From Thermoplasmatota archaeon (GTDB taxonomy: Archaea > Thermoplasmatota > Penumbrarchaeia > Penumbrarchaeales > Penumbrarchaeaceae), in NCBI GenBank assembly GCA_965234725.1, contig CBDDUX010000034.1:1-43455 (forward strand): a stretch of DNA of 43,455 nucleotides. The letters run 5' to 3'. The notes under the pieces are model-generated. The model was not told the origin of the DNA and did not search any database. It was given only the letters and a program-made list of their open reading frames with translations. A program made the position numbers and the translations under genes. Shown here in pieces: positions 26,947-36,951 of this stretch (position 1 is its first letter; each line of letters begins with the position of its first letter).

Positions 26947-29900
26947 CTGTACCGTATAGCATCCTTTTCCAGGATTCTGCCTGCAATATTATTGATCACA
27001 ATATCGTTCTTCAGCCTGTTCATTACAGGGACCGTTGTCACTGATGCATTGTCCCCCGAAGAGCTGGAAGGCTGGACGCTGATCGGCAGGGATGAGTTCA
27101 TGACCATAACCGGACAGACCGGTTCAATTGGATTCGGTTCCGTTGTCGAAATGGGAGACATGGACGGCGATGGAAGAGATGATATTGTTGTTGGAGTCCC
27201 CACATACAGCGGCAATGGTGGAACTGGAGCGGTCCTTATCTATTTCGCCAGGGACCTTGACGATATCTCACCGCTCAGGGCTCTCGAGGATGCGGATGTG
27301 ATAATATTCGGAGAGGACCCGGGAGACCGATTCGGTCAGAATCTGGTCATAGGGGACATGAACGGTGATGGAAGGAATGAACTCATAATATCTGCCAACC
27401 AGGCATTCGGATGGAAGGACCAGAGAAGGATGTCAGGCGAGATCTACATCATTTCAGGAAGGGAAAGATCAGAGTTTCCCTCAAAATTATGGATCGGGAA
27501 GACCCCATTGTATGGACATATCTATGGTAGGGATCCCATGGACATGGCCGGAATAAGGATGGTAATGGGTGACCTTACAGGAGACGGTCTGGACGAACTT
27601 GTTATCGGTACCAATGGTGCGGGAGGATTCGGAGGAACAGCGGAATTTCATGCTGGTTATGAGAACAACGCTCCAGATTCCTGGGAGATAGAGGTCATCC
27701 AGGGGGAGAGTCTTCCTATCGGCAATATCGTCCTTGACCTGGACCCCAAGATGGTCAGATACTTCTCATCGTGGAACTCCACTCTGACCCCGCCCGCCAC
27801 CCATGCAAGACATATCGGAAAAGGAATGGATGTCAGCGATTTCAATGGAGACGGGATCGAAGATCTAATTTTTTCATGGAGCAGGATGGAAGGACCATCG
27901 GAGATTAGACCCCATGAGGAACATATGTCAACACAGATAGAAGTCATAACCGGGGGGCCAGGATTTCCCCACGTTCCCATCAATACGACGATCGATATAA
28001 TCATACCATCATTTGATCCCGACCTGACAATTCAACTGAATACAACGATGATAGAACCCCCTATCTTGAAAGCAGGGGACCTGGACGGAGATCAATACCT
28101 TGACCTAGTACTCGGATCCCAGGAGGGGCTGGATATAATGGAAAGAATGCCCAATGCAGGAAGGGCATATATTCTTCAGGGATTCAATTACTCGGAGGGA
28201 CAGACCATTTTTTCAGACAGCTTCGCTTCAACAATATACGGTTATGATTCCTCGGACCTGCTTGGATCAAGTTTGATCTGTTCCGATCTGGACAATGACG
28301 GCTACGACGAGGTGGTCATTGGAGCTCCCGGGGCGGACGGTGAGAAGAACCTGCTTCCCGGATGCGGGGAGGGATACGTGTTCGATCTTGACGGGACATT
28401 AACAGCAGACCTGGAGATCTTCGATTCCTATGAAAAATACATGGGTTCTTCGGAAGGGATAGGATCCTTCACCACATTCATCTCTGGAGATATCAATGAA
28501 GACGGCTTCCAGGACCTACTTGTTTCATCCCCGGATTTCCTTTCAGAGGATGATGAAGGCGAACTGGGTCTATTGTCACTTTTCATGGCAAAGAACGATT
28601 ATGAGTCAAAGATCTATGGAGGAGTGGATTCAAGTAATTTTGGAAAAACATCGGTCATTGATGATTTCAATAGTGACGGTTTCATGGACCTGGCTATCGG
28701 TGACCCTGAGGCATTTTCATCTCAAGATGGGGGTGTTTTCCTTTTCTTTGGAGGACCAACAGGTTGGAAACCGATCCTCAACCTTGATTTCGATGCCGAT
28801 ATAGTCTATAAGGTTGACCTGGAAGGTAACCAGGCCCACATAGGATCCTCCCTTACATCGGGAGACCTTAATGACGACACCTACCCTGACCTCATTGTCG
28901 GATCACCCAGTTATTATGACGGTTTAAATAACTGCGGAGGGTTCAATATTTTCTGGGGAGGGAACAGTACCTATATGGAGGAGAAGAACGGTAAAAGGGT
29001 CCTTGGCCAAAGTGTGGAGATGGTCGGGACTGCAGTTTCCGTGGGGGATTTCAACGGCGATAATGTTGATGATCTTGCCGTTTCAGCCATGGGGACCATG
29101 GCAACACAGTCTCTTGGTCGTTACCATGCAGGGAATGTATACCTCCTCTTCGGGCCCATACCAAACGGGAATACAAGGATAAATTCAGCCGATGTTGTGA
29201 TCACCGGATCGATACCCAATGAACAGATCGGGAAAAGCCTCGCTTCCGGTGATATCAATAATGACGGCAGAGATGAACTCGTGATTGGAGCTCCGGTCTC
29301 GGATCTGGGTTCTATCACCGATCAGGGTGTCGTATACATCATGTCAGGAAGGGATGTCTGGAACCCTGACTATGATCTCTTAACGGAAGCAAGTTCGAGG
29401 ATATTCGGCCCATGGCCCTATGATCAGGTGGGGGAATCCCTCGCACTCGGAGACCTTGATGAAGATGATATGGATGAATTATTGATCGGCTCCACCAGTG
29501 GAGATGGTTACCAGAGGACCACGAAAGAAGCTGGTAATGTCTACGTCATGATGGGAAATTATCTTTCGACTGCCCTTGGAGGTATGAACCTGAGCCTGAG
29601 GAACCAGTTCAACATGTCCATTTTCGGCGAGACCGAAATGGAGAGGTTGGGTACTTCCCTGGGGGTCGGGGATCTGGATGGCAATGGTAAGAATGATGTA
29701 GCCATCGGATCAAAGGGCTGGACAGAACCGGTTTCGGGCATCGTATCAGGAGCCGTTAAGATCCTTCCGTCGAGGATGATCAGGGATGGTGGAGAGTTAA
29801 ATTCATCCTCATTGCCCCTCATTTCATCAAAAAGAGGAGAGGACCTTTTCGGGACATCGATAAGCGTGGGAGATCTGTCCAATGATGGAAACGATGACCT

Positions 29901-32900
29901 TCTGGTGGGAGCCCCGGGATATGATCCATACGGAACCGGAGAGGTCAAAGGAGGCGCATTCATCTGGGAGGGGGAGGAGGTTTATCTTAGGGATATCAAG
30001 GTGACCAACGCCAGGATGCTGGGTTCAGAACCGGTCGACGATCCCGAAGGGATCATGGAACAGGTCCATTACCTCTCACCTCTTTCCGGACCATACGGAA
30101 TGAGGGTTACCGGGAGGTCCCTTTTCGGATATGATGATGTCCGTTCGATCTCGATATCAATGGATTCCCTACATGGACCTGGAACCGCCACAATGGTATT
30201 CAACACCTCGAAAAAAGGATTTGAACTGTTCAGCACCGGTGATTTCGCGGACAGGATCTGGATAGACATCAATACATCATCAGGGACCAGCGATAAGGTT
30301 GAATCCTGGTATGTGGATTTCTCATTCTATGTTGATTGGGATATGCCAGACCCAGATGTGATCACCACCAATATCAATGGAGGAACCTCATCTTACATCA
30401 ACTACCTCACCAAGGAGTTCAGGATCGATAGAACTGTCTACATCGAGGATGAAGGATTGTCGATAACTGATGAGGCAGGCGGCCAGTTACCAAAATGGCT
30501 CAATGCTTCAAGCAATATCGGAGTGGGTAATATCTCACTATCTCATGTGATCAATGGTGAAAGGATCGAAGGAGAAGCTCTTGAAACCATCCCTCTTGGC
30601 CTATACAGACCGGATGGTATCCTCATCGGAAGGACCCACGTGAATGACAGTCGACTGGATGTGGGGATCACTTCAATTGGGGAAGGGATCAACAGTGGTG
30701 GAGCCAACTTCAAGATCGCACCTCTTTCAGATGACCCCCTTCCTGAGGGATCCATTTGGCAGAGGGACCTTACCTTCAACCTCAATGTGGATACATCACC
30801 TCCGGCAGAGGTGTCCAATTTCAATGTTTTCCCCGATGGAAAGGAGAAAGGGATCGTTCCAGTGGATGATGACAGGTTCGTGGAGATAGGATGGTCAGAG
30901 ATCAATGACATGGGACCATCTGGGATCAATAGATACATCCTTGAGATCACAGGAGAAGGATACAACACGACCTATGATTCTGTCCGGCCTGGAGACCTGA
31001 TCATGATACCAGAAGGTGAAGTCCATTTCAGCCTCTGGGCTGTGGACAATGCCCGTAATGTAGGACCCAGGACATATCGGACAATGATCTCCGATACTGG
31101 TGCTCCCTTCTTCTGGTCTCCCAGACCAACAGATGGTTCATGGCTCAACGACCAGCAGGAAGATATGTCCATCATGGCGGATGATGCCGTATCCGGATTG
31201 GACCTGAAAACCGCTGAATACCGGGTCTATTATTCCAGTGTGGGTGTTGTGGGTGAATGGATGGATGTATATGGTTTGGAAGCCCTTGAGGATGGGACGC
31301 GCCTGGTAGCCCCTATACCAGATGAGGAAGCTTTCGGTCTTTATGTTCAATGGAAGATATCCGACCTGGCCGGGTCAACAACTGTCTCTGAACCATTCAC
31401 ATTCAGCAAGGACCTTTCACCACCTATCATTGAACCATCAAAGTCCTCATTGACAGCGGGACCAGGTGAGATCGTCTTCGAATGCTTTATGGAAGATACC
31501 CTTTCATGGTTGAACCTCTCAACAGTAGAATTCCAATTAGAAAGAGCGGGTTCTCCGGAAGATACCCCGTGGATATCATTGAACCTGAACGGTTTCAGGA
31601 TATCTGCATCTCCATCGATATCCATAGTCCCCGGTTTCGAAGGGTATGGTTATGCCAGATGGAGAGTGATGGACAGAGCCGGAAATTCCGTGGAAAGCGA
31701 TCCGATCACGATCCTTGTGGATGGGACACTGCCACAGTTTACGGATTTCACCCCGAATTCATCTATAATCCAGTCCAAGTTAAAGGTCGAAGTGACCACA
31801 ACCATCATTGAGGAAGGTAGTGGTCTCTCAATTAGTGATGTTGAGATCTCAGTATCAACGATCTCCGGTTGGGTCCAGTATGGGGTCGGAGGTTTCTCTC
31901 CCTGGTCAACGGTGGAATCGCTTGAGGAGTTCAACAATAATTATATCGCAACTGCGACCGTAACCCTCGATGAAGGTAGATTCAATCTGATCAGGTTCAG
32001 GGTGAAGGACAGGGCCGGAAACGGATGGGTCATCTCCAGATCACACTCCATTGAAGTGGACCTGATGGATATCGATCTGCCCCCTACCGCCCTTTTCAAC
32101 GTCCTTCCGGTTTCAGATATGATATTCAAGGGCGAATCATTGTTACTGGATGCTTCTCCATCGATCGATCCGGAAGGTTCTCCCCTGAACTATACATGGT
32201 ATTCCGATCTGGAAGGATTCCCGGGGATCGGACTTTTAGGCAAGGGTATGAAGATCAATGTCACATTGACAGCACTTGGTGTCCACAAGATATGGGTCGT
32301 TGTCACTGATGGAGTGAATACTGTGACCTCGGATGAGGTCAAGATAAGGGTCCGGGATGTGGAACAGGAACAAAATGAGGATACCAGCACTCAAAGAACT
32401 CTTTGTGACAAATTGAAAGATGCCATCATCTTCGTTATCATTGCCCTTCTGATCGGTCTGATACTTGGCGCTCTAGCCGTTTATTTGGTAATTATCAGAC
32501 GGAGGGAGGCTGAGACCATGCAGGAGCAGCCCCTGCTTGTGGACGCGGTATATGATGATAACATCGTGGTTCCTTACTGTCCATATTGTGATGAGGAGGC
32601 CAGATTGTCCGATGACTACTGTGTGAAATGTGGTTCTATCTTCACAAAGAAGGACAAAGAGGACATGGCCGAGGGCAGGACAGGGAGATCCAAAAAGAAA
32701 AAGAAGGAATCTCTAAAAGCCGCTGAAGAGGAAGAGGGTGATATGGTTGAGGATTGGGGTCCTCCTGCCTATGAGGATGAGGTGGAGCTGGAATCGGAAT
32801 TCATGGCTGACACCCCCGATGAGCTTGAGATAGAGGAGCTCGAAGAAGAGGACCTGGAAGAGGTTGAGGAGTTAGAACTTGAGGAGTTGGAAATTGAGGA

Positions 32901-32934
32901 ATTGGAAGAAGATGAATGGGAGGTGGAAGAATGA
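26947..32934 (+). CDS. Giant integrin-alpha-like FG-GAP surface protein (14 repeats), Ig/PKD-like stalk, TM, zinc ribbon, acidic tail
   Basis: 14 GD(L/F)NxDGxxD(L)xIG-type repeats; LDASPSIDPEG (PKD-like); TM; CPYC...CVKC; E-rich end. Start proposed at CTG 26947 (ORF track: TTG 26992). Confidence 0.88.
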   Translation: MYRIASFSRILPAILLITISFFSLFITGTVVTDALSPEELEGWTLIGRDEFMTITGQTGSIGFGSVVEMGDMDGDGRDDIVVGVPTYSGNGGTGAVLIYFARDLDDISPLRALEDADVIIFGEDPGDRFGQNLVIGDMNGDGRNELIISANQAFGWKDQRRMSGEIYIISGRERSEFPSKLWIGKTPLYGHIYGRDPMDMAGIRMVMGDLTGDGLDELVIGTNGAGGFGGTAEFHAGYENNAPDSWEIEVIQGESLPIGNIVLDLDPKMVRYFSSWNSTLTPPATHARHIGKGMDVSDFNGDGIEDLIFSWSRMEGPSEIRPHEEHMSTQIEVITGGPGFPHVPINTTIDIIIPSFDPDLTIQLNTTMIEPPILKAGDLDGDQYLDLVLGSQEGLDIMERMPNAGRAYILQGFNYSEGQTIFSDSFASTIYGYDSSDLLGSSLICSDLDNDGYDEVVIGAPGADGEKNLLPGCGEGYVFDLDGTLTADLEIFDSYEKYMGSSEGIGSFTTFISGDINEDGFQDLLVSSPDFLSEDDEGELGLLSLFMAKNDYESKIYGGVDSSNFGKTSVIDDFNSDGFMDLAIGDPEAFSSQDGGVFLFFGGPTGWKPILNLDFDADIVYKVDLEGNQAHIGSSLTSGDLNDDTYPDLIVGSPSYYDGLNNCGGFNIFWGGNSTYMEEKNGKRVLGQSVEMVGTAVSVGDFNGDNVDDLAVSAMGTMATQSLGRYHAGNVYLLFGPIPNGNTRINSADVVITGSIPNEQIGKSLASGDINNDGRDELVIGAPVSDLGSITDQGVVYIMSGRDVWNPDYDLLTEASSRIFGPWPYDQVGESLALGDLDEDDMDELLIGSTSGDGYQRTTKEAGNVYVMMGNYLSTALGGMNLSLRNQFNMSIFGETEMERLGTSLGVGDLDGNGKNDVAIGSKGWTEPVSGIVSGAVKILPSRMIRDGGELNSSSLPLISSKRGEDLFGTSISVGDLSNDGNDDLLVGAPGYDPYGTGEVKGGAFIWEGEEVYLRDIKVTNARMLGSEPVDDPEGIMEQVHYLSPLSGPYGMRVTGRSLFGYDDVRSISISMDSLHGPGTATMVFNTSKKGFELFSTGDFADRIWIDINTSSGTSDKVESWYVDFSFYVDWDMPDPDVITTNINGGTSSYINYLTKEFRIDRTVYIEDEGLSITDEAGGQLPKWLNASSNIGVGNISLSHVINGERIEGEALETIPLGLYRPDGILIGRTHVNDSRLDVGITSIGEGINSGGANFKIAPLSDDPLPEGSIWQRDLTFNLNVDTSPPAEVSNFNVFPDGKEKGIVPVDDDRFVEIGWSEINDMGPSGINRYILEITGEGYNTTYDSVRPGDLIMIPEGEVHFSLWAVDNARNVGPRTYRTMISDTGAPFFWSPRPTDGSWLNDQQEDMSIMADDAVSGLDLKTAEYRVYYSSVGVVGEWMDVYGLEALEDGTRLVAPIPDEEAFGLYVQWKISDLAGSTTVSEPFTFSKDLSPPIIEPSKSSLTAGPGEIVFECFMEDTLSWLNLSTVEFQLERAGSPEDTPWISLNLNGFRISASPSISIVPGFEGYGYARWRVMDRAGNSVESDPITILVDGTLPQFTDFTPNSSIIQSKLKVEVTTTIIEEGSGLSISDVEISVSTISGWVQYGVGGFSPWSTVESLEEFNNNYIATATVTLDEGRFNLIRFRVKDRAGNGWVISRSHSIEVDLMDIDLPPTALFNVLPVSDMIFKGESLLLDASPSIDPEGSPLNYTWYSDLEGFPGIGLLGKGMKINVTLTALGVHKIWVVVTDGVNTVTSDEVKIRVRDVEQEQNEDTSTQRTLCDKLKDAIIFVIIALLIGLILGALAVYLVIIRRREAETMQEQPLLVDAVYDDNIVVPYCPYCDEEARLSDDYCVKCGSIFTKKDKEDMAEGRTGRSKKKKKESLKAAEEEEGDMVEDWGPPAYEDEVELESEFMADTPDELEIEELEEEDLEEVEELELEELEIEELEEDEWEVEE

Positions 32935-35900
32935 GAATAAGATCGGTATCCATTCTCTCGGTCATGTTCATGATCCTAGCTACCTTCTCAATGATGAACG
33001 GTCCGGATGCGGCATTGGCATTCGAGGACGATATCAAGGTGAACCAGGATTCCGGGGAAGCTTCTCAGGCCAACTCTGATGTGGCTGTTTCCAATAACAA
33101 CGTCTATGTCGTCTGGCAGGATAATAGAAGAGGTAACTGGGATATTTTCTTCAGATCCTCATCGGACAGGGGCAAGACATTTTCGAACGAGGTCAGGGTA
33201 GACGACACCAGTGCGACCCCGACCCTCACCGATGATCAGACATCTCAAGTGGATCCGGAGATAGCGGTGGGTCCTGATGGCAAGATATTCGTGGCATGGT
33301 CGGATGACAGGGATGGAAGGTCAATGGTTTACCTAACAAGATCAGAGGATGGGGGAAAGACCTTCAAATCCAACTTCAAGGTGGCTGACAATCCGATCGG
33401 GATACAGACCAAACCACATATGGACATTTCACCATCTGGCTATCTATACATTGTGTGGGAGGATACAAGGAATTCCATAGGTCACGAGCAGATCTACGGG
33501 GCCTATTCCTCTGATGGCATTTCTTTGGGATCGGCAAAAAGGATCTCCGATACGTCCATCAACCATTACTGTAACGATCCATCCGTCGCTTGGTCGGATG
33601 ATAATAACCTACATGTGGTCTGGACGGAAGACAGGGTCATAGAGACTGATATAAGGATTAGTTCCTCAGATGACAGGGGAGCTTCATTTTCTTCTTCATT
33701 CATACTGAACAGGGATCCTTCATCCTCGGACCAGGATTCACCTTTCATTGATGCAAACACTACATCTGTGGTCGTTGTGTGGAAGGACTCGAGAAGCTCA
33801 TCAGCTGATGTATACATGACCATTTCCAATGATGGTGGAAGCTCATTCCAGATGGAGTTCATCACCCACCCTACCTTCAAGTCAGGGCATCAATATGACC
33901 CAGAGGTCGTCATCGAGGAAAATGGGGACATCTCCATCTGCTGGACATCGTCCCCTGGAATGGATGATACATCAAGATCGGATATCCAGGTTACGAGATA
34001 TCTCTCCAATGGGACATTTGATGAGATCGAGACTGCGAATGACAACGTATCGGGGATCACCCAGGACAGTCCATCGATGGCGGTGATCGACGGGACCATA
34101 CATATGGTCTGGACCGATTATCGGAACAGCGGACAGTCGGATATCTATTATTCCAGGTCCATCTCCTCAGGAGAGGAGGGAGAGGCTCCCAGACTTCTCT
34201 TTGGAAGGGTCAATCCGGAGATCGGAGCGGTGGGTGAAAAGTTCTATTTCTATGTCAGCTATTTCGATGAGGAGAACGATCCTCCAAAGGGTTACCCAAA
34301 AGTCGACCTATACTATCGTTCCGGAAGTGGACTATTCCCTTACCCCGAATCTCCCTTCAACATGTCGGCTCTAAGGGATGATTCATTCGATATGAATTAC
34401 AGGAACGGTCAGAACTACATCTTCTCCATGATACCGGAAAGGGAATTGGAGCTGTATTACAGGTTCAATGTAACCGCACTTACCGGAAACAGGACTACTA
34501 TCTGGACAGAATTGGTTAGAGGTCCGATACTTGACTGGGAGGGACCTTCCTTTGAATTGATATCACCAGCTCCCGGCAGCTGGCAGAAGAGCAATATCGT
34601 GAGTTTCGAGCTTGAGATTACAGATGGACTATCCACGGTCGACCCCTGGAGCATCTTCTATCAGAGGTATAATCTGGCAACAGAGAAATGGGATAGCTGG
34701 CAGAGGAAGGGGACCGTAAAGAGCATCGATGAGCACACAATCTCCTACAAAGTGAACATCACACTATTCGACGGCATTGACAATCAGGTCAGGTTCAGGG
34801 CAAGGGACCTGATAGGGAACGGTGATGATGATCTGGGATATTCAGTGAGTGAGGTATTCAAGGTTTGGGTGGACCCCACACCTCCGTTCTTTGAGTTGAT
34901 ATCCCCTAAAAAAGGAATGACCCTTTACGACACAGACGTTGAGGTAGTTGTAAAGATCTGGGACCTTGGAACAGGTCTGGATAAGGGTTCGATAAACGCC
35001 TCCTATTCACTTGGAGGCAGTGATAATTACGGCGAATGGATATCTATGGGCCAGATAGGAGGGATCATAACTGACGATGAGTATGAGGAGAACGTCCATT
35101 ACCTCACGATGAACCTCTCCTTCACACTGGGATTCAATAATTTCTTCCGCATCAGGGCAGGGGACAATCTTGGAAATGAGAGGGTCTCCGATGGATTCCA
35201 GATAGTGATCAAAAAGAAGGAAGTGGTGGTTGAGGACAGACCTCCGGAACCAGTTTCATCCATTCAACCTGCAGTCTCGGGATCGGTAAGACCTCACATT
35301 ACTTGGACACCAACCTACGATCCCGATGGGGATCTTGTAACATATTGGTTCAGTGTTACCGACCTTTCCGATGGCAGTTCGATATTCAATTGGACCGACC
35401 TGGGGGCTGGACTGACCTACTGGGACCCCGATGAATCCATATCACTTGTGCCAAGCAGGTCCTATCTCATAGAGATCGTTCCCCAAGCAAACGGATTGAA
35501 CGGAACGGCCACCAATTCCACCCTTCTGATATCCACTGATGCCAACATGCCTCCATCCTCGCCTTCAGGATTGGTCCCCAGGGCTACAAGCGATCCGTCC
35601 CCAACGCTAAGATGGGATGAATCTGTTGATCAAGATGGTGATGAGGTATTCTATTTCATCAGGATAGGATCCTTCTACAATGGTGGAGACATACTTGGCT
35701 GGACATCAACCTTCAATGAACCGAAATACCGGATAACAAGGGTACTTGGAGCGGGAATGTACCATGTCCAGCTGATGTGCTCGGACGGGTTTGACTTCTC
35801 CACAATATCACATCAAATATTGTCCATAGGCATCTATTCTCCGGAGGTGGAATCCGAGAGGACCTCCATTGTGATATATCCCCCAAAGGATCTGGACCCG

Positions 35901-36473
35901 AGCAAGATTGATACAAAAAGTGAGAAGATCGAACTTACGGTGTTCAATAAAGGATTCACTTTTGATACCATAAGGGTCCATATCACCGGAGAAGCCACAG
36001 AAAGGGATGATATGCAGATCTATACAACTGAAGATATCATCGAACTCTCTCCCGGATCCTCCAAGAACACGACACTTACAATAATCCTCAATGAGAATAC
36101 AAAGAAGGGATACTACTCCCTCAATGTGACTGTAACATCCATCGATGGAGTCTCTTCCTTTACAAAGAAGCTAACTGTCAGGATCGTGAACGAGGGAGAT
36201 CTCAACCCGGGCCTTGATGGAGGTAAGAACAATGATGGGACCAGTGATTCTGAATTTCTGCTTTGGATCTTCTTCGCCCTGCTCTTCATCATCCTTATCG
36301 CAATGTTCTATGGATATTACAGGATAGATCGGAAGCAGAGGGAGGAACAGGTCGAGATCATGAGAGAAAGGGAAGGAAGGATGAAGGCCCTTAAGAAAGG
36401 ATCGAAAAAGGAGCTCAAAGGTAGGAAAAAGGAAAAACCCGAGCTTCCCCCTACAACGGAAACAGATGAATGA
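32931..36473 (+). CDS. BNR/Asp-box (sialidase-like propeller) surface protein with Ig/FN3-like domains, TM and basic tail
   Basis: SSDRGKTF, SEDGGKTF, SDDRGASF, SNDGGSSF and YVVWQDNR-type repeats; ATGA overlap at 32931 with a GGAGGTGG SD. Confidence 0.87.
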   Translation: MRIRSVSILSVMFMILATFSMMNGPDAALAFEDDIKVNQDSGEASQANSDVAVSNNNVYVVWQDNRRGNWDIFFRSSSDRGKTFSNEVRVDDTSATPTLTDDQTSQVDPEIAVGPDGKIFVAWSDDRDGRSMVYLTRSEDGGKTFKSNFKVADNPIGIQTKPHMDISPSGYLYIVWEDTRNSIGHEQIYGAYSSDGISLGSAKRISDTSINHYCNDPSVAWSDDNNLHVVWTEDRVIETDIRISSSDDRGASFSSSFILNRDPSSSDQDSPFIDANTTSVVVVWKDSRSSSADVYMTISNDGGSSFQMEFITHPTFKSGHQYDPEVVIEENGDISICWTSSPGMDDTSRSDIQVTRYLSNGTFDEIETANDNVSGITQDSPSMAVIDGTIHMVWTDYRNSGQSDIYYSRSISSGEEGEAPRLLFGRVNPEIGAVGEKFYFYVSYFDEENDPPKGYPKVDLYYRSGSGLFPYPESPFNMSALRDDSFDMNYRNGQNYIFSMIPERELELYYRFNVTALTGNRTTIWTELVRGPILDWEGPSFELISPAPGSWQKSNIVSFELEITDGLSTVDPWSIFYQRYNLATEKWDSWQRKGTVKSIDEHTISYKVNITLFDGIDNQVRFRARDLIGNGDDDLGYSVSEVFKVWVDPTPPFFELISPKKGMTLYDTDVEVVVKIWDLGTGLDKGSINASYSLGGSDNYGEWISMGQIGGIITDDEYEENVHYLTMNLSFTLGFNNFFRIRAGDNLGNERVSDGFQIVIKKKEVVVEDRPPEPVSSIQPAVSGSVRPHITWTPTYDPDGDLVTYWFSVTDLSDGSSIFNWTDLGAGLTYWDPDESISLVPSRSYLIEIVPQANGLNGTATNSTLLISTDANMPPSSPSGLVPRATSDPSPTLRWDESVDQDGDEVFYFIRIGSFYNGGDILGWTSTFNEPKYRITRVLGAGMYHVQLMCSDGFDFSTISHQILSIGIYSPEVESERTSIVIYPPKDLDPSKIDTKSEKIELTVFNKGFTFDTIRVHITGEATERDDMQIYTTEDIIELSPGSSKNTTLTIILNENTKKGYYSLNVTVTSIDGVSSFTKKLTVRIVNEGDLNPGLDGGKNNDGTSDSEFLLWIFFALLFIILIAMFYGYYRIDRKQREEQVEIMREREGRMKALKKGSKKELKGRKKEKPELPPTTETDE

Positions 36474-36951
36474 GAAGATGGTTGATATGACCGATCAGCT
36501 TCCTCTGATCATAATGATATCAGCAATGGCATTGATCATTGCCCTCCTGCTCATCATCATATTCATTCTTTGGAAGAAGGTTAGAACTAAAAGGAAAGTG
36601 GTGGAAAGGGACCCTTTTCAGGTAATTAGTGAGATATATGAGGATGACAAGGATGGTAACGGTATACCTGACCACATCGATGCAATCATCAGAAGAATGG
36701 ATAACCATATTAGATCCCCTCCGGGCAATGATGTAAATCATTCAAGCTATTATTCCATGAAGCATACCAGAGATGGCAGGACCTGGGGTATGACAGAAAA
36801 AATCGTCAATGGTAAGAGGACCTTTGATCGTTGGGGAACTCCACCTGATCAAGGTGAAAGATTATTCCACCAACTCTATGATGATTATGTGAACGGAAAT
36901 ATCTCCGCTGAAGATTTCAGGAAGGAAATGGATACATTGAAGGTGACCTGA
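36466..36951 (+). CDS. Small membrane protein with DxDxNG motif and SHOCT-like C-terminus
   Basis: N-terminal TM followed by KKVRTKRK; DKDGNGIPD; YDDYVNGNISAEDFRKEM. Confidence 0.65.
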   Translation: MNEKMVDMTDQLPLIIMISAMALIIALLLIIIFILWKKVRTKRKVVERDPFQVISEIYEDDKDGNGIPDHIDAIIRRMDNHIRSPPGNDVNHSSYYSMKHTRDGRTWGMTEKIVNGKRTFDRWGTPPDQGERLFHQLYDDYVNGNISAEDFRKEMDTLKVT

